A DNA stretch of 64,000 nt from Coriobacteriia bacterium (GTDB lineage Bacteria > Actinomycetota > Coriobacteriia > Coriobacteriales > QAMH01). Below, piece by piece: positions 37,911 to 46,400 of the stretch (within the stretch, counting starts at the first letter, position 1; every line of letters starts with the position of its first letter). Made by a program: the position numbers and the translations under genes. The stretch is taken from assembly GCA_003149935.1 (NCBI GenBank), contig QAMH01000006.1, positions 497,053 to 561,052 on the forward strand, in the 5' to 3' direction. The notes below the pieces were generated by a model that worked only from the letters and a program-made list of their open reading frames with translations, was not told where the DNA came from and did not search any database.

Positions 37911-38428
37911 ACCTCATCTATCGAAGCTTGCGGCTCGAGCGCATTCGCATCGAGCTGAGCGGCATCCTCGCCGCAGACCTCGCTCGCGATGCGTCCCAAG
38001 ACGCCGTTCACGAACTTCGGTGATTCGTCGGTCCCGAAGGCCTTTGCCAACTCGACGGCTTCGTTGATGGCGACGCCCGTGGGAATCTCATCGCAATGGA
38101 GAATCTCATAGGTGGCAATGCGGATGATGTTGCGATCGACGATGGGCATGCGCTCGAGCGTCCAGTTCTCGGCTGTCGACCCGATGCGCTCGTCGAGCTC
38201 GTCGATATGACCGGCAATGCCGTTGACTAACGTCGAGGCATAGGCAACGAGATCGACGCCCACGAGGTCGGCATCGCTTACGCCCTGCGGACACTCGGGA
38301 ACGAGCAAGAGCTCGGTCTCGTTACCGTCGGCAACCTGATCGAGCGGAAGACCCATGAGCTCACCAGTGTAGAGCAGCTGCAATGCCTCACGGCGGGCAG
38401 CCGTGTGTTCATGCCGAAGTGCGGCCAT
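37907..38428 (-). CDS. nusB: transcription antitermination factor NusB
   Basis: ARREALQLLY and RMPIVDRNIIRIATYEIL motifs, with a short extra C-terminal tail. Confidence 0.92.
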   Translation of the reverse strand: MAALRHEHTAARREALQLLYTGELMGLPLDQVADGNETELLLVPECPQGVSDADLVGVDLVAYASTLVNGIAGHIDELDERIGSTAENWTLERMPIVDRNIIRIATYEILHCDEIPTGVAINEAVELAKAFGTDESPKFVNGVLGRIASEVCGEDAAQLDANALEPQASIDEV

Positions 38429-38435
38429 GGCTCGC

Positions 38436-38804
38436 CTACGCCTCGAAAGAGAGCGCGTCTACGTGCACGTCGACAGACGTCACCGTGACGCCAATCTGGG
38501 CAGCGAGCGCATCGACGATGGCCTTGCGTACGTTCTCGGCGATCTCGACGAGGCGGTAGCCGTAATACGCTTGAATGGAGATGGTGACGGCGACTTGCTT
38601 ATCGCCAAGCGGCTCGATGCGTATACCGTTGGTGGGGATGGCATTGCCCGCATTGAAGGCCGAGCGGATGGTCGAGATGGCACCGGCAGTGCCCACTCCG
38701 GCAACGCCGGGAACCTCTGCTGCGGCAAGCGAGATGATCGTCTCGACAACACCGGGAGCAATGGTGATGCCATCAATCACGTAGCCTTGGTCGATTTCCT
38801 TCAC
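38436..38804 (-). CDS. Asp23/Gls24-family envelope stress protein
   Basis: 122 aa with an Asp23 signature (IAPGVVETIISLAAAEVPGVAGV). Position equals yqhY between accC and nusB in Bacillus. Confidence 0.85.
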   Translation of the reverse strand: MKEIDQGYVIDGITIAPGVVETIISLAAAEVPGVAGVGTAGAISTIRSAFNAGNAIPTNGIRIEPLGDKQVAVTISIQAYYGYRLVEIAENVRKAIVDALAAQIGVTVTSVDVHVDALSFEA

Positions 38805-40156
38805 AGCTGTCCCCCATTCGTTTCGGTTTCGATGAAATCCGTGTACACCATACCTGAGTTAAACGTCGCGTTGTCGAGCACGCGGCGATGGAAGGGTATC
38901 GTCGTGGCGACGCCCTCGATGACGAACTCGTCAAGGGCGCGCTTGCCACGTGCAATGGCCTCCTCGCGCGTGTCACCCCATACGATGAGCTTTGCCATGA
39001 GCGAATCATAGGTGGGAGGAATCGCGTCACCGGCGCGCAGGTGCGTGTCGACGCGCACACCTGGACCACCCGGCATGTCGAAGCGCGTGATGGTACCCGG
39101 GCAGGGACGGAAATCATGCGCCGGGTCTTCCGCATTGATGCGAAACTCGATGGCGCAGGCCTTCGGCGACATCGGTGCGAGGTCCGCACAGGTGATGGGG
39201 TCACCCGAAGCGACAATGAGTTGCTGCTTGATGATATCGACACCGGTGATCTGCTCGGAAACCGGATGCTCGACCTGGACGCGCGTGTTCATCTCCATGA
39301 AGTAGAAGCTGCCATCCGTGTCGAGCAGGAACTCGATGGTGCCGGCGTTGACATAGCCCACGCCGCGCACCGCTTTGAGCGCGGCCTCACCCATCGCCTG
39401 GCGCGTTTCCTCGTCGATGACGGGACAGGGCGCCTCCTCGATGAGCTTCTGGTGACGGCGTTGAATCGAGCAATCGCGCTCGCAGAGGTGCATGGCGTTG
39501 CCATGCGTATCGGCGATGATCTGAATCTCCACATGACGCGGACGGCGGATGAGTTTCTCGAGATAGACCTCGTCGTTGCCGAAGGCGTTGGCCGCCTCGG
39601 TACGCGCGGCGACGAACATCTTCTCGAGCTCGTCGTCGTCATTGGCCTCGCGCATGCCCTTGCCGCCGCCGCCAGCCGATGCCTTGATAAGCACGGGATA
39701 GCCGACTTTGTGGGCAAACGCACGTGCTTCCTCGACGGTATCGACGGGGCCGTCGCTACCGGGCACAGTGGGAACGCCAAGCTCCTTCATCGTCGCCTTG
39801 GCCGCCGCCTTGTTGCCGAGCGAATCGATGCACTCGGGTGACGGGCCGATGAAGATGATGTCGTTATCGGCACAGGCACGGGCGAAATCGGCGTTCTCCG
39901 AAAGGAAGCCGTAGCCCGGATGGATGGCCTGCGCGCCGGTGATCTTGGCAGCCGCGATGATATTGGGGATGTTGAGGTACGAGAGCGCGGATGGCGCCGG
40001 ACCGATGCAGACGCTCTCGTCTGCCATCTCGACAGCGCGCGTGTCCTTATCGGCCTCCGAATACACGACGACGCACTTGATGCCGAGCTCATGTGCGGCA
40101 CGCACGACGCGTAGGGCGATTTCGCCACGATTGGCGATGAGAATCTTGTCAAGCAT
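38801..40156 (-). CDS. accC: biotin carboxylase (AccC-type; probable pyruvate carboxylase subunit A given its partner)
   Basis: MLDKILIANRGEIALRV N-terminus, ATP-grasp motifs (GGGGKGMR, EMNTRVQVEHPVSE), 451 aa. Confidence 0.93.
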   Translation of the reverse strand: MLDKILIANRGEIALRVVRAAHELGIKCVVVYSEADKDTRAVEMADESVCIGPAPSALSYLNIPNIIAAAKITGAQAIHPGYGFLSENADFARACADNDIIFIGPSPECIDSLGNKAAAKATMKELGVPTVPGSDGPVDTVEEARAFAHKVGYPVLIKASAGGGGKGMREANDDDELEKMFVAARTEAANAFGNDEVYLEKLIRRPRHVEIQIIADTHGNAMHLCERDCSIQRRHQKLIEEAPCPVIDEETRQAMGEAALKAVRGVGYVNAGTIEFLLDTDGSFYFMEMNTRVQVEHPVSEQITGVDIIKQQLIVASGDPITCADLAPMSPKACAIEFRINAEDPAHDFRPCPGTITRFDMPGGPGVRVDTHLRAGDAIPPTYDSLMAKLIVWGDTREEAIARGKRALDEFVIEGVATTIPFHRRVLDNATFNSGMVYTDFIETETNGGQL

Positions 40157-40174
40157 TCGCGATCCGGGCCTTTC

Positions 40175-42031
40175 CTACTCGGCGGTGGGCTCGACGTAGA
40201 ACATGACGGTGCCGAACTCGACGGGCGCGGCATTGTCGATGCAGACCTCGCGCACGACGCACGCCTCCTCGGCGGCGATCTCGTTCATGAGCTTCATGGC
40301 CTCAACGATGCACAGCGTCTCGCCTGCGCCGACCGTTGCGCCCTCCGTCACGAAGGGATCGGCGTCGGGCGAAGGCGCGGCGTAGAAGGTGCCGACCATC
40401 GGGGCGGTAACGGGCTTCCAACTCGCCGGTCGCGTCGAAGCGGCAGCGGGTGCGGGAGCCTCCGCCGCAGCAGGCGCCGAAGCGGCCTGGGGCATGACGG
40501 GGGCCGGGGCGTAGGCAGCAGGCTGCATGCCCGGGGTGCGAATGGTGACCTTGGCGCCGGCTTCCTCGACGGTGATCTCTCCGACTCCGGACTCCTCGAC
40601 GAGCTTCACGAGGTCACGAATCTGTGCGATGTCCACGTAGTCCTCCTCCTTGGTGATGCTCACGGCATCGTTCATTAAGAAGTTTGTATTCTCGATCTTG
40701 CGCTGTTTCTCGAGGAACTGGCGTGCCTCGTTGGGGAACATGGCGTACATGAGGACGTCTTCCTCGCTCTTGGCGAGATCCCCGAGTTCTTCGGCAAGCT
40801 CGTCGTAGGTCGTCGTGACAAGCGAGCCCGGGGCAACGTCCGGGGCGAGCGGTTGCTCGTCGCCGAGCACGGCTTTTTGGATTGCGGGATCGATCTTGCC
40901 GGGTGCCTTGCCGTAGTAACCGGCGATGTAGTCCTTCATCTCCTTGGAGATGACCGACCAGCGCTTGCCGGTGAGCACGTTGAAAACAGACTGCGTGCCG
41001 ACGATCTGCGACATGGGCGTGACAAGCGGCGGATAGCCGACCTCGGCGCGTACGCGGGGAATCTCCTTGAGAACCTCGTCCATGCGATTGGACGCCTTCT
41101 GAATCTCGAGCTGGCTCACGAGGTTGCTCATCATGCCACCGGGAACCTGATGGCTGTAGACGCGCATATGCGAAAGCGTGGAAATGCCGCGCTTAAAGCC
41201 CTTCTTGATGCGCATTTCCTCCCAGTAATCCGAAATCTCGAAGAGGAGGTCAAGGTCGAGGCCCGTATCGTATTCGGACTCCTTGAGCGCGGCGACAATC
41301 ATCTCGACGGCCGGCTGGGAGTTGCCGAAAGCGAGCGGTGCGGATGCGGTGTCGACAATCGAGGCACCGGCCTCGGCAGCCTTGATGTAGTTGGCCGGGG
41401 CCATGCCACCCACGTAGTGACAATGCACGTGAACGGGCAGGCCCACCTCTTGGTTGAGGGCGTTGACCAGGCGCTCCGTACGATACGGCGTGAGCATGCC
41501 CGCCATGTCCTTGATGCAAATGGACTTGGCGCCAAGCGCCTTGAGCTCGGAGGCATACTCGATGTAGGAATCAAGCGTATGCACCGGGCTCATGGTGTAG
41601 CTGATGGCGCCCTCGAAATGGGCACCGCACTCGTTGAGCGCCTCGGCGCTGTCGATGACATTGCGGATATCGTTAAGTGCGTCGAAGACGCGGAAGACAT
41701 CGATGCCGTTACGATGGGCGGCCTTGATGAAGCGATTGACGATATCACGTGAATAGTGATGATAGCCGATGAGGTTCTGTCCGCGCGTGAGCATCTGCAA
41801 CGGCGTGTTGGGACAGTGTTGCTTGACGACGCGCAAACGATCCCAGGGATTCTCGTCGAGGAAGCGCAGACAGGTATCGAATGTCGCACCGCCCCACATC
41901 TCAATGGACCAATACCCGACTTGATCGAGTTTTGACAGGATGGGGAGCATGTCGCCCGTCTCCATGCGCGTCGCCCACAGTGACTGGTGGGCATCACGCA
42001 AGGTCGTGTCCATGATGTGCAAAGGTTTCAC
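40175..42031 (-). CDS. carboxyltransferase (5S / OadA / PycB-type) fused to a C-terminal biotinyl carrier domain
   Basis: HMGL-like motif IMDTTLRDAHQSLWATRM, a PYC_OADA region, an Ala/Pro linker, and the biotinylation motif CIVEAMKLMNEI. Start assigned to GTG 42031 (AAGGAGG 7 nt upstream) rather than ATG 42058, which has no SD. Confidence 0.85.
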   Translation of the reverse strand: MKPLHIMDTTLRDAHQSLWATRMETGDMLPILSKLDQVGYWSIEMWGGATFDTCLRFLDENPWDRLRVVKQHCPNTPLQMLTRGQNLIGYHHYSRDIVNRFIKAAHRNGIDVFRVFDALNDIRNVIDSAEALNECGAHFEGAISYTMSPVHTLDSYIEYASELKALGAKSICIKDMAGMLTPYRTERLVNALNQEVGLPVHVHCHYVGGMAPANYIKAAEAGASIVDTASAPLAFGNSQPAVEMIVAALKESEYDTGLDLDLLFEISDYWEEMRIKKGFKRGISTLSHMRVYSHQVPGGMMSNLVSQLEIQKASNRMDEVLKEIPRVRAEVGYPPLVTPMSQIVGTQSVFNVLTGKRWSVISKEMKDYIAGYYGKAPGKIDPAIQKAVLGDEQPLAPDVAPGSLVTTTYDELAEELGDLAKSEEDVLMYAMFPNEARQFLEKQRKIENTNFLMNDAVSITKEEDYVDIAQIRDLVKLVEESGVGEITVEEAGAKVTIRTPGMQPAAYAPAPVMPQAASAPAAAEAPAPAAASTRPASWKPVTAPMVGTFYAAPSPDADPFVTEGATVGAGETLCIVEAMKLMNEIAAEEACVVREVCIDNAAPVEFGTVMFYVEPTAE

Positions 42032-42128
42032 GTATCGCCTCCTTTTCTCAAGTTGCATGGGCTCGCATGAGCCCAGGTTTAGCTATAGAGCCTTTGATTA
42101 TATACGAAGCAGCAGCGCTTGTGCGCAC

Positions 42129-42256
42129 GGATGAGGCGGGACGACATGGAAGGGGTTGAGCCGAGGTTTAAGGGAGCGCGCCGTAAAGATCGCGAAGCGG
42201 GCTGTCGGGAAGCGACCGTCGAGGCGGTGCCCCTTCCATGTCGTCCCGCCTCATCC
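42129..42256 (-). repeat. long hairpin (27-bp perfect stem) enclosing a conserved 65-nt core, immediately 3' of the coaD stop
   Basis: GGATGAGGCGGGACGACATGGAAGGGG (42129-42155) is the exact reverse complement of 42230-42256. The interior core 42160-42224 matches 48971-49035 (reverse complement) at about 60 of 65 positions by manual alignment. Confidence 0.8.
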
Positions 42257-42738
42257 TACCCCAGGCGCTTGGCGAGGGCCTCTCCCACGATCGGGGGAAC
42301 GATGCCCTCCGTGCTGCCACCCAACGAGGCGAGCTCCTTGGCAATGGACGAGGAGACGTACATGTAATCGGGGGATGACATGACGAAGAGGGTCTCCAGC
42401 TCGGGGGCAAGGCGGAAGTTGAGCATGGCCATCTGGAACTCGTACTCGAAGTCCGTCGTCGCACGCAGGCCCTTGACGATAGCGGTGGCGCCAATGGAGG
42501 TCGCGAAATCAACGAGCAGGTTATCGAAGCCGACAACCTCGACATTGGCGAACTCCGCCGTGACCTCGCGGGCAAGTTCGATGCGCTCGTCGAGCGTGAA
42601 AAGCGTTCCGCCACGCTTGCCCTGCGATGCGGCGACGCCGACGATGACCTCGTCGGCCATGCAGCTCGCGCGTCGAATGACGTCCAGGTGGCCAAAGGTG
42701 ATGGGGTCAAAGGTTCCGGGAACCAAGAGCTTATGCAT
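42256..42738 (-). CDS. coaD: phosphopantetheine adenylyltransferase
   Basis: PGTFDPITFGHLD motif. Start at ATG 42738 (MHKLLVPGTFDP). Confidence 0.95.
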   Translation of the reverse strand: MHKLLVPGTFDPITFGHLDVIRRASCMADEVIVGVAASQGKRGGTLFTLDERIELAREVTAEFANVEVVGFDNLLVDFATSIGATAIVKGLRATTDFEYEFQMAMLNFRLAPELETLFVMSSPDYMYVSSSIAKELASLGGSTEGIVPPIVGEALAKRLG

Positions 42739-42740
42739 GC

Positions 42741-43334
42741 CTAATCCTCGCGATCGTGGAACTTCAGGTACGTCACGCCGATTTTGCCATATCTCTTCTG
42801 ACCATCGAGCACGAAGCGCCTGTCTATGCCGAACTCTTCGGCAACGGCCTCCTTGCCTTGCAGGGCGTGCTCGTAGACGATGACGCACCCTTGGACGAGC
42901 TTCCCGTAATCGATGAGCTCACCAAGTAGCTCGTGGACACGCGCGGGCACCTCGGCATAGGGCGGATCAAGCAGGACGAGCCCGAAGGGGCCATGAGGCG
43001 CAAGCTGCGCGACGGCATCGAAGCTGTCAGCGGCAATGACGCGCACGCGTGGCGCCTTCAGGGAAAGGGAAGCGAGATTTCGCTCAAGCACGTCACGGGC
43101 GGCACGGTCACGCTCGATGAAGGTACAACTGCGCGCACCACGCGAAAGCGCTTCGATACCCAGGGCACCACTGCCCGCAAAGGCATCGAGGACATCCACG
43201 GCGGCAAGCTCGGGCAGACGTGAGTAGATGGACGAGAAGATGGACTCGCGCACGCGATCGGTCGTCGGACGCGTCGTCTTCTCGCTCGGGCTTTCGATGA
43301 TGCGGCCCTTGAACTCACCAGCGACAATGCGCAT
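42741..43334 (-). CDS. rsmD: 16S rRNA (guanine966-N2)-methyltransferase
   Basis: MRIVAGEFKGRII N-terminus and VLLDPPYAE motif. Start at ATG 43334. Confidence 0.9.
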   Translation of the reverse strand: MRIVAGEFKGRIIESPSEKTTRPTTDRVRESIFSSIYSRLPELAAVDVLDAFAGSGALGIEALSRGARSCTFIERDRAARDVLERNLASLSLKAPRVRVIAADSFDAVAQLAPHGPFGLVLLDPPYAEVPARVHELLGELIDYGKLVQGCVIVYEHALQGKEAVAEEFGIDRRFVLDGQKRYGKIGVTYLKFHDRED

Positions 43335-43335
43335 G

Positions 43336-45495
43336 CTACGCTCCCCTGCTCGTCGTCTCGTCCAGATTTGCGAATGTCCGCTCGATGTCGGCGGCAAGCG
43401 CCTTGTGCTCGGCCGCGACGAGATCCGGATCGGCATCGAGGATCTCGAGCGCATCTGCATGCGCGCAGGCGATGAGCTGCGCGTCATCGATGACGTTGAC
43501 GAGCTTGAGCGTCTCGGCACCATGTTGCCTACTGCCGAGCACGTCACCCTCGTGACGCGTGCGCAAATCCGCCTCTGCAAGCTCGAAGCCATCCGTCGTA
43601 CTCACGAAAGCATCGAGGCGTGCTCGCATATCGACATCGTCCTTGCCAGGGTCTGCCACGAGAAAGACCGTCCCCGGATACGCACCGCGTCCCACGCGTC
43701 CACGCAACTGATGCAACTGCGAGAGGCCGAAGCGCTCGGCATCCTCTATGAGCATCATCGTCGCGTTGGGGACGTCCACACCCACCTCGACAACCGTCGT
43801 GGCAACGAGCACGTCGATATCGCCCACATTGAAGGCATCCATGGCCCGCTGTTTCTCCTCCGCGTTCATGCGACCCGTAAGCAGCCCAACGTGGTAGCCC
43901 GCGAAGACATCGCGCTGCAGACGAGCGGCTTCCTCCTCAGCGGCCTTGGGATCGGAGATATCGCTTCCGTTCGCGAGCGAGGCAAAAAGCGATCCGTCCT
44001 CGATGCGCTCGGCCCTGCGTTCGCGCGTCAAACCCACGAGCGGGCAGATGACATAGGCCTGCCGCCCCTGTGCAAGGGCCTCCTTGATCGCCTCGTAGGC
44101 CCTTCCCCGCGCGTCGCGTGAGATGAGCTCCGTATGCGTTGGCTGAACGTTGCCCGGGCGCGTGCGTATGTAGCTCGTCTCGAGGTCACCGTATAGGGTG
44201 AGCGCAAGCGTGCGTGGAATGGGGGTAGCCGTCATGACGAGTAGGTCACAGCCTGGCCCCTTCATGCGCAGGGCCGCACGCTGGTTGACACCGAAGCGGT
44301 GCTGTTCGTCGATGATGACGAGCGAGAGATGCGCGAAACTCACCGTGGGCTCGATGAGGGCATGTGTCCCGAAGAGCACTTGGAGCGTGCCATCTTGCGC
44401 CTCTTCCAGGAGCCGCTCGCGCTCCTCGGAATCGGTCGCTCCCGTGAGGATGCCCCAGCTGATGTGCGCCGCATCGAAGAGTGGGCCGAGCTTGCTCGCG
44501 TACTGGCGCGCAAGCACCTCGGTCGGCGCCATCATGGCCGCCTGGCATCCGCTGTCGGCACTGAGCGCCAAGGCGAAGGCCGCGACGATGGTCTTGCCCG
44601 TACCAACATCTCCCAGGAGCATCCGGTTCATGCTGCGCGGTGCGGTCATATCATCCACGATGTCTGCAATGGCCTGCTCTTGCTCGCTTGTGAGTGTATA
44701 CGGGAGCTGCGCGCGTAGCTCATCCATCCGTTGCCCTGGCACGTGGGCAGTCGGCTCGCCATCGCGTGTCTCGGCACGGCGCAAGCGCATCATCTCGATT
44801 TGCAGGCGCAAGACCTCCTCGTAAGCCAGGCGCTTGCGAGCCTGAAGCATCTGCGTGCGGTTCTCGGGAAAGTGAATCTGGCGCAGGGCCGCCTTCTTGC
44901 CGATGAGCCTATGCTTGAGCCGCAAGGCGACGGGAAGCGGGTCGCTCATATCCGCCGTCTGCTCAAGCGCGTTTGCGATGAAGCGGCGCATCCACGTTGT
45001 CGAGATGCCCTCGGTAGCCGGGTGCACGGCGAGCATTTGGACAAGGCGCGTCTGCTCCTGACCCGGCTCGCCCAAGAAGGCGACGTAGGGATTGGCCATG
45101 CGCTTGAACCCGTACTCGAACGTGACCTTCCCCGAAAACGCGACGCGCATGCCACGCTCGAACTTGGCAGCCATCCAGGGCTGCCTGAACCAGGTGGCGA
45201 TGATGACGCCCGTACCGTCGAAGACGGACACTTCGAGGATATGCAGGCGCCTGCGCGGTTGTTTCTCGACAACCTCATCGACCGTGCCCACAACGGTCAC
45301 GAACTGGCCGATGGAAGCGCGGGCGGCTGTCTCGACGTTGGAAAGGTCTATGTAGCGGCGTGGGTAGTTCTCGAGCAATCCCCGCACCGTTGAGATACCG
45401 AGCTTGGAGAGGTTCTTCGCGCGTGCAGGACTCACGGCACGTATCTTGCCGACATCGCAATCAAGCAGAAAGTCGGAATCCCCGCGTGATGTCAT
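43336..45495 (-). CDS. recG: ATP-dependent DNA helicase RecG
   Basis: Wedge domain plus helicase motifs GDVGTGKTIVA, DEQHRFG, MTATPIPRTL and QLHQLRGRVGRG. Confidence 0.96.
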   Translation of the reverse strand: MTSRGDSDFLLDCDVGKIRAVSPARAKNLSKLGISTVRGLLENYPRRYIDLSNVETAARASIGQFVTVVGTVDEVVEKQPRRRLHILEVSVFDGTGVIIATWFRQPWMAAKFERGMRVAFSGKVTFEYGFKRMANPYVAFLGEPGQEQTRLVQMLAVHPATEGISTTWMRRFIANALEQTADMSDPLPVALRLKHRLIGKKAALRQIHFPENRTQMLQARKRLAYEEVLRLQIEMMRLRRAETRDGEPTAHVPGQRMDELRAQLPYTLTSEQEQAIADIVDDMTAPRSMNRMLLGDVGTGKTIVAAFALALSADSGCQAAMMAPTEVLARQYASKLGPLFDAAHISWGILTGATDSEERERLLEEAQDGTLQVLFGTHALIEPTVSFAHLSLVIIDEQHRFGVNQRAALRMKGPGCDLLVMTATPIPRTLALTLYGDLETSYIRTRPGNVQPTHTELISRDARGRAYEAIKEALAQGRQAYVICPLVGLTRERRAERIEDGSLFASLANGSDISDPKAAEEEAARLQRDVFAGYHVGLLTGRMNAEEKQRAMDAFNVGDIDVLVATTVVEVGVDVPNATMMLIEDAERFGLSQLHQLRGRVGRGAYPGTVFLVADPGKDDVDMRARLDAFVSTTDGFELAEADLRTRHEGDVLGSRQHGAETLKLVNVIDDAQLIACAHADALEILDADPDLVAAEHKALAADIERTFANLDETTSRGA

Positions 45496-46376
45496 TATGC
45501 AAGCCCTAGTACCCGCTCGTCTTGCGGGATGTACGCAAAGCCGAAACAGCCGGTCGAGACATGCGTCGTGATGACAGGACCAACCATGCGCACGCCGACC
45601 TCAACCAGCTTGATGCCCGCCTCGATCATGGCCTCGCGCAAGTCATCAACGCCACCCATGTTGCGCGTATGGGCAAAACAGCACTCGAGTGGCCCGAGGT
45701 GCTCTTCGAGCTCCTTGTAGCGCTGCACGAGCTTGGTGACGGCGCGCTTGGGTGACTTGGCCTTGCCGAACATCTCGACCTCGCCTTCCGGATCGACCGT
45801 GAGAAGCGGCTTGATCTTGAGCAAGGCCGCGGCAAGACCGGTCGCCTTGCCGGTGCGGCCCCCCTTGACGAGATTGCGAAGCTTGTCGAGCATGAAGCAG
45901 ATACTCGTTTTTCCCACAAGCTCGTGTGCGGCCTCGACCAGCTCGTCGAAACTCAGACCGTACTCGCGCAACTGCGCAATACGACGCACGAAAAGGAACT
46001 GGGCGACGGTATTGCAACGCGTATCAATGACCTCGACGGGGATGGGAGCGCTTTCGGCGGCCATACGGGCGGTATGGACGGTCCCCGACATGCGCGACGA
46101 GATGTGCAGGGAAATCACGTGCGTGTAGCCGGCAAGGGAAAGGTCGGTGTAAAGCTGGGCGAAGTCAAGCAGCGGTGGCATGGACGTCGAGGGCAGCTCG
46201 TCGCAATCGACGATGTAATCGTAGAAGGCCTCGATATTTTCGACGGTGTTGTCCTCGGGAAAATGCGTGCCGTCGGGCTCGATGACCCTGAGGTGCACAC
46301 ACTCGACACCAAGCTCGGCAAGCTCGGCATCAGACGCATCGCATGAATTATCGGTAACGATCGCTATCTTCTCCAT
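45495..46376 (-). CDS. DegV-family fatty-acid-binding protein (FakB-type)
   Basis: MEKIAIVTDNSCD N-terminus typical of DegV. The second ATG (46376) is 6 nt after AGGAG. Confidence 0.9.
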   Translation of the reverse strand: MEKIAIVTDNSCDASDAELAELGVECVHLRVIEPDGTHFPEDNTVENIEAFYDYIVDCDELPSTSMPPLLDFAQLYTDLSLAGYTHVISLHISSRMSGTVHTARMAAESAPIPVEVIDTRCNTVAQFLFVRRIAQLREYGLSFDELVEAAHELVGKTSICFMLDKLRNLVKGGRTGKATGLAAALLKIKPLLTVDPEGEVEMFGKAKSPKRAVTKLVQRYKELEEHLGPLECCFAHTRNMGGVDDLREAMIEAGIKLVEVGVRMVGPVITTHVSTGCFGFAYIPQDERVLGLA

Positions 46377-46400
46377 CTGCATCTCCTGAATTATCCGGTC

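Noticed and set aside
42032-42058. ATG 42058 as the start of the carboxyltransferase-BCCP gene
   Set aside because: No SD precedes it and it sits in a small hairpin (GGGCTC-gcat-GAGCCC). GTG 42031 has AAGGAGG at proper spacing and gives the usual short N-terminus before IMDTTLRDAHQS.
42119-42710. ORFs 42119-42367, 42156-42383 and 42168-42710 running through the hairpin element
   Set aside because: They translate the inverted repeat or the antisense of coaD. There are no signals, and the palindromic DNA accounts for their existence.
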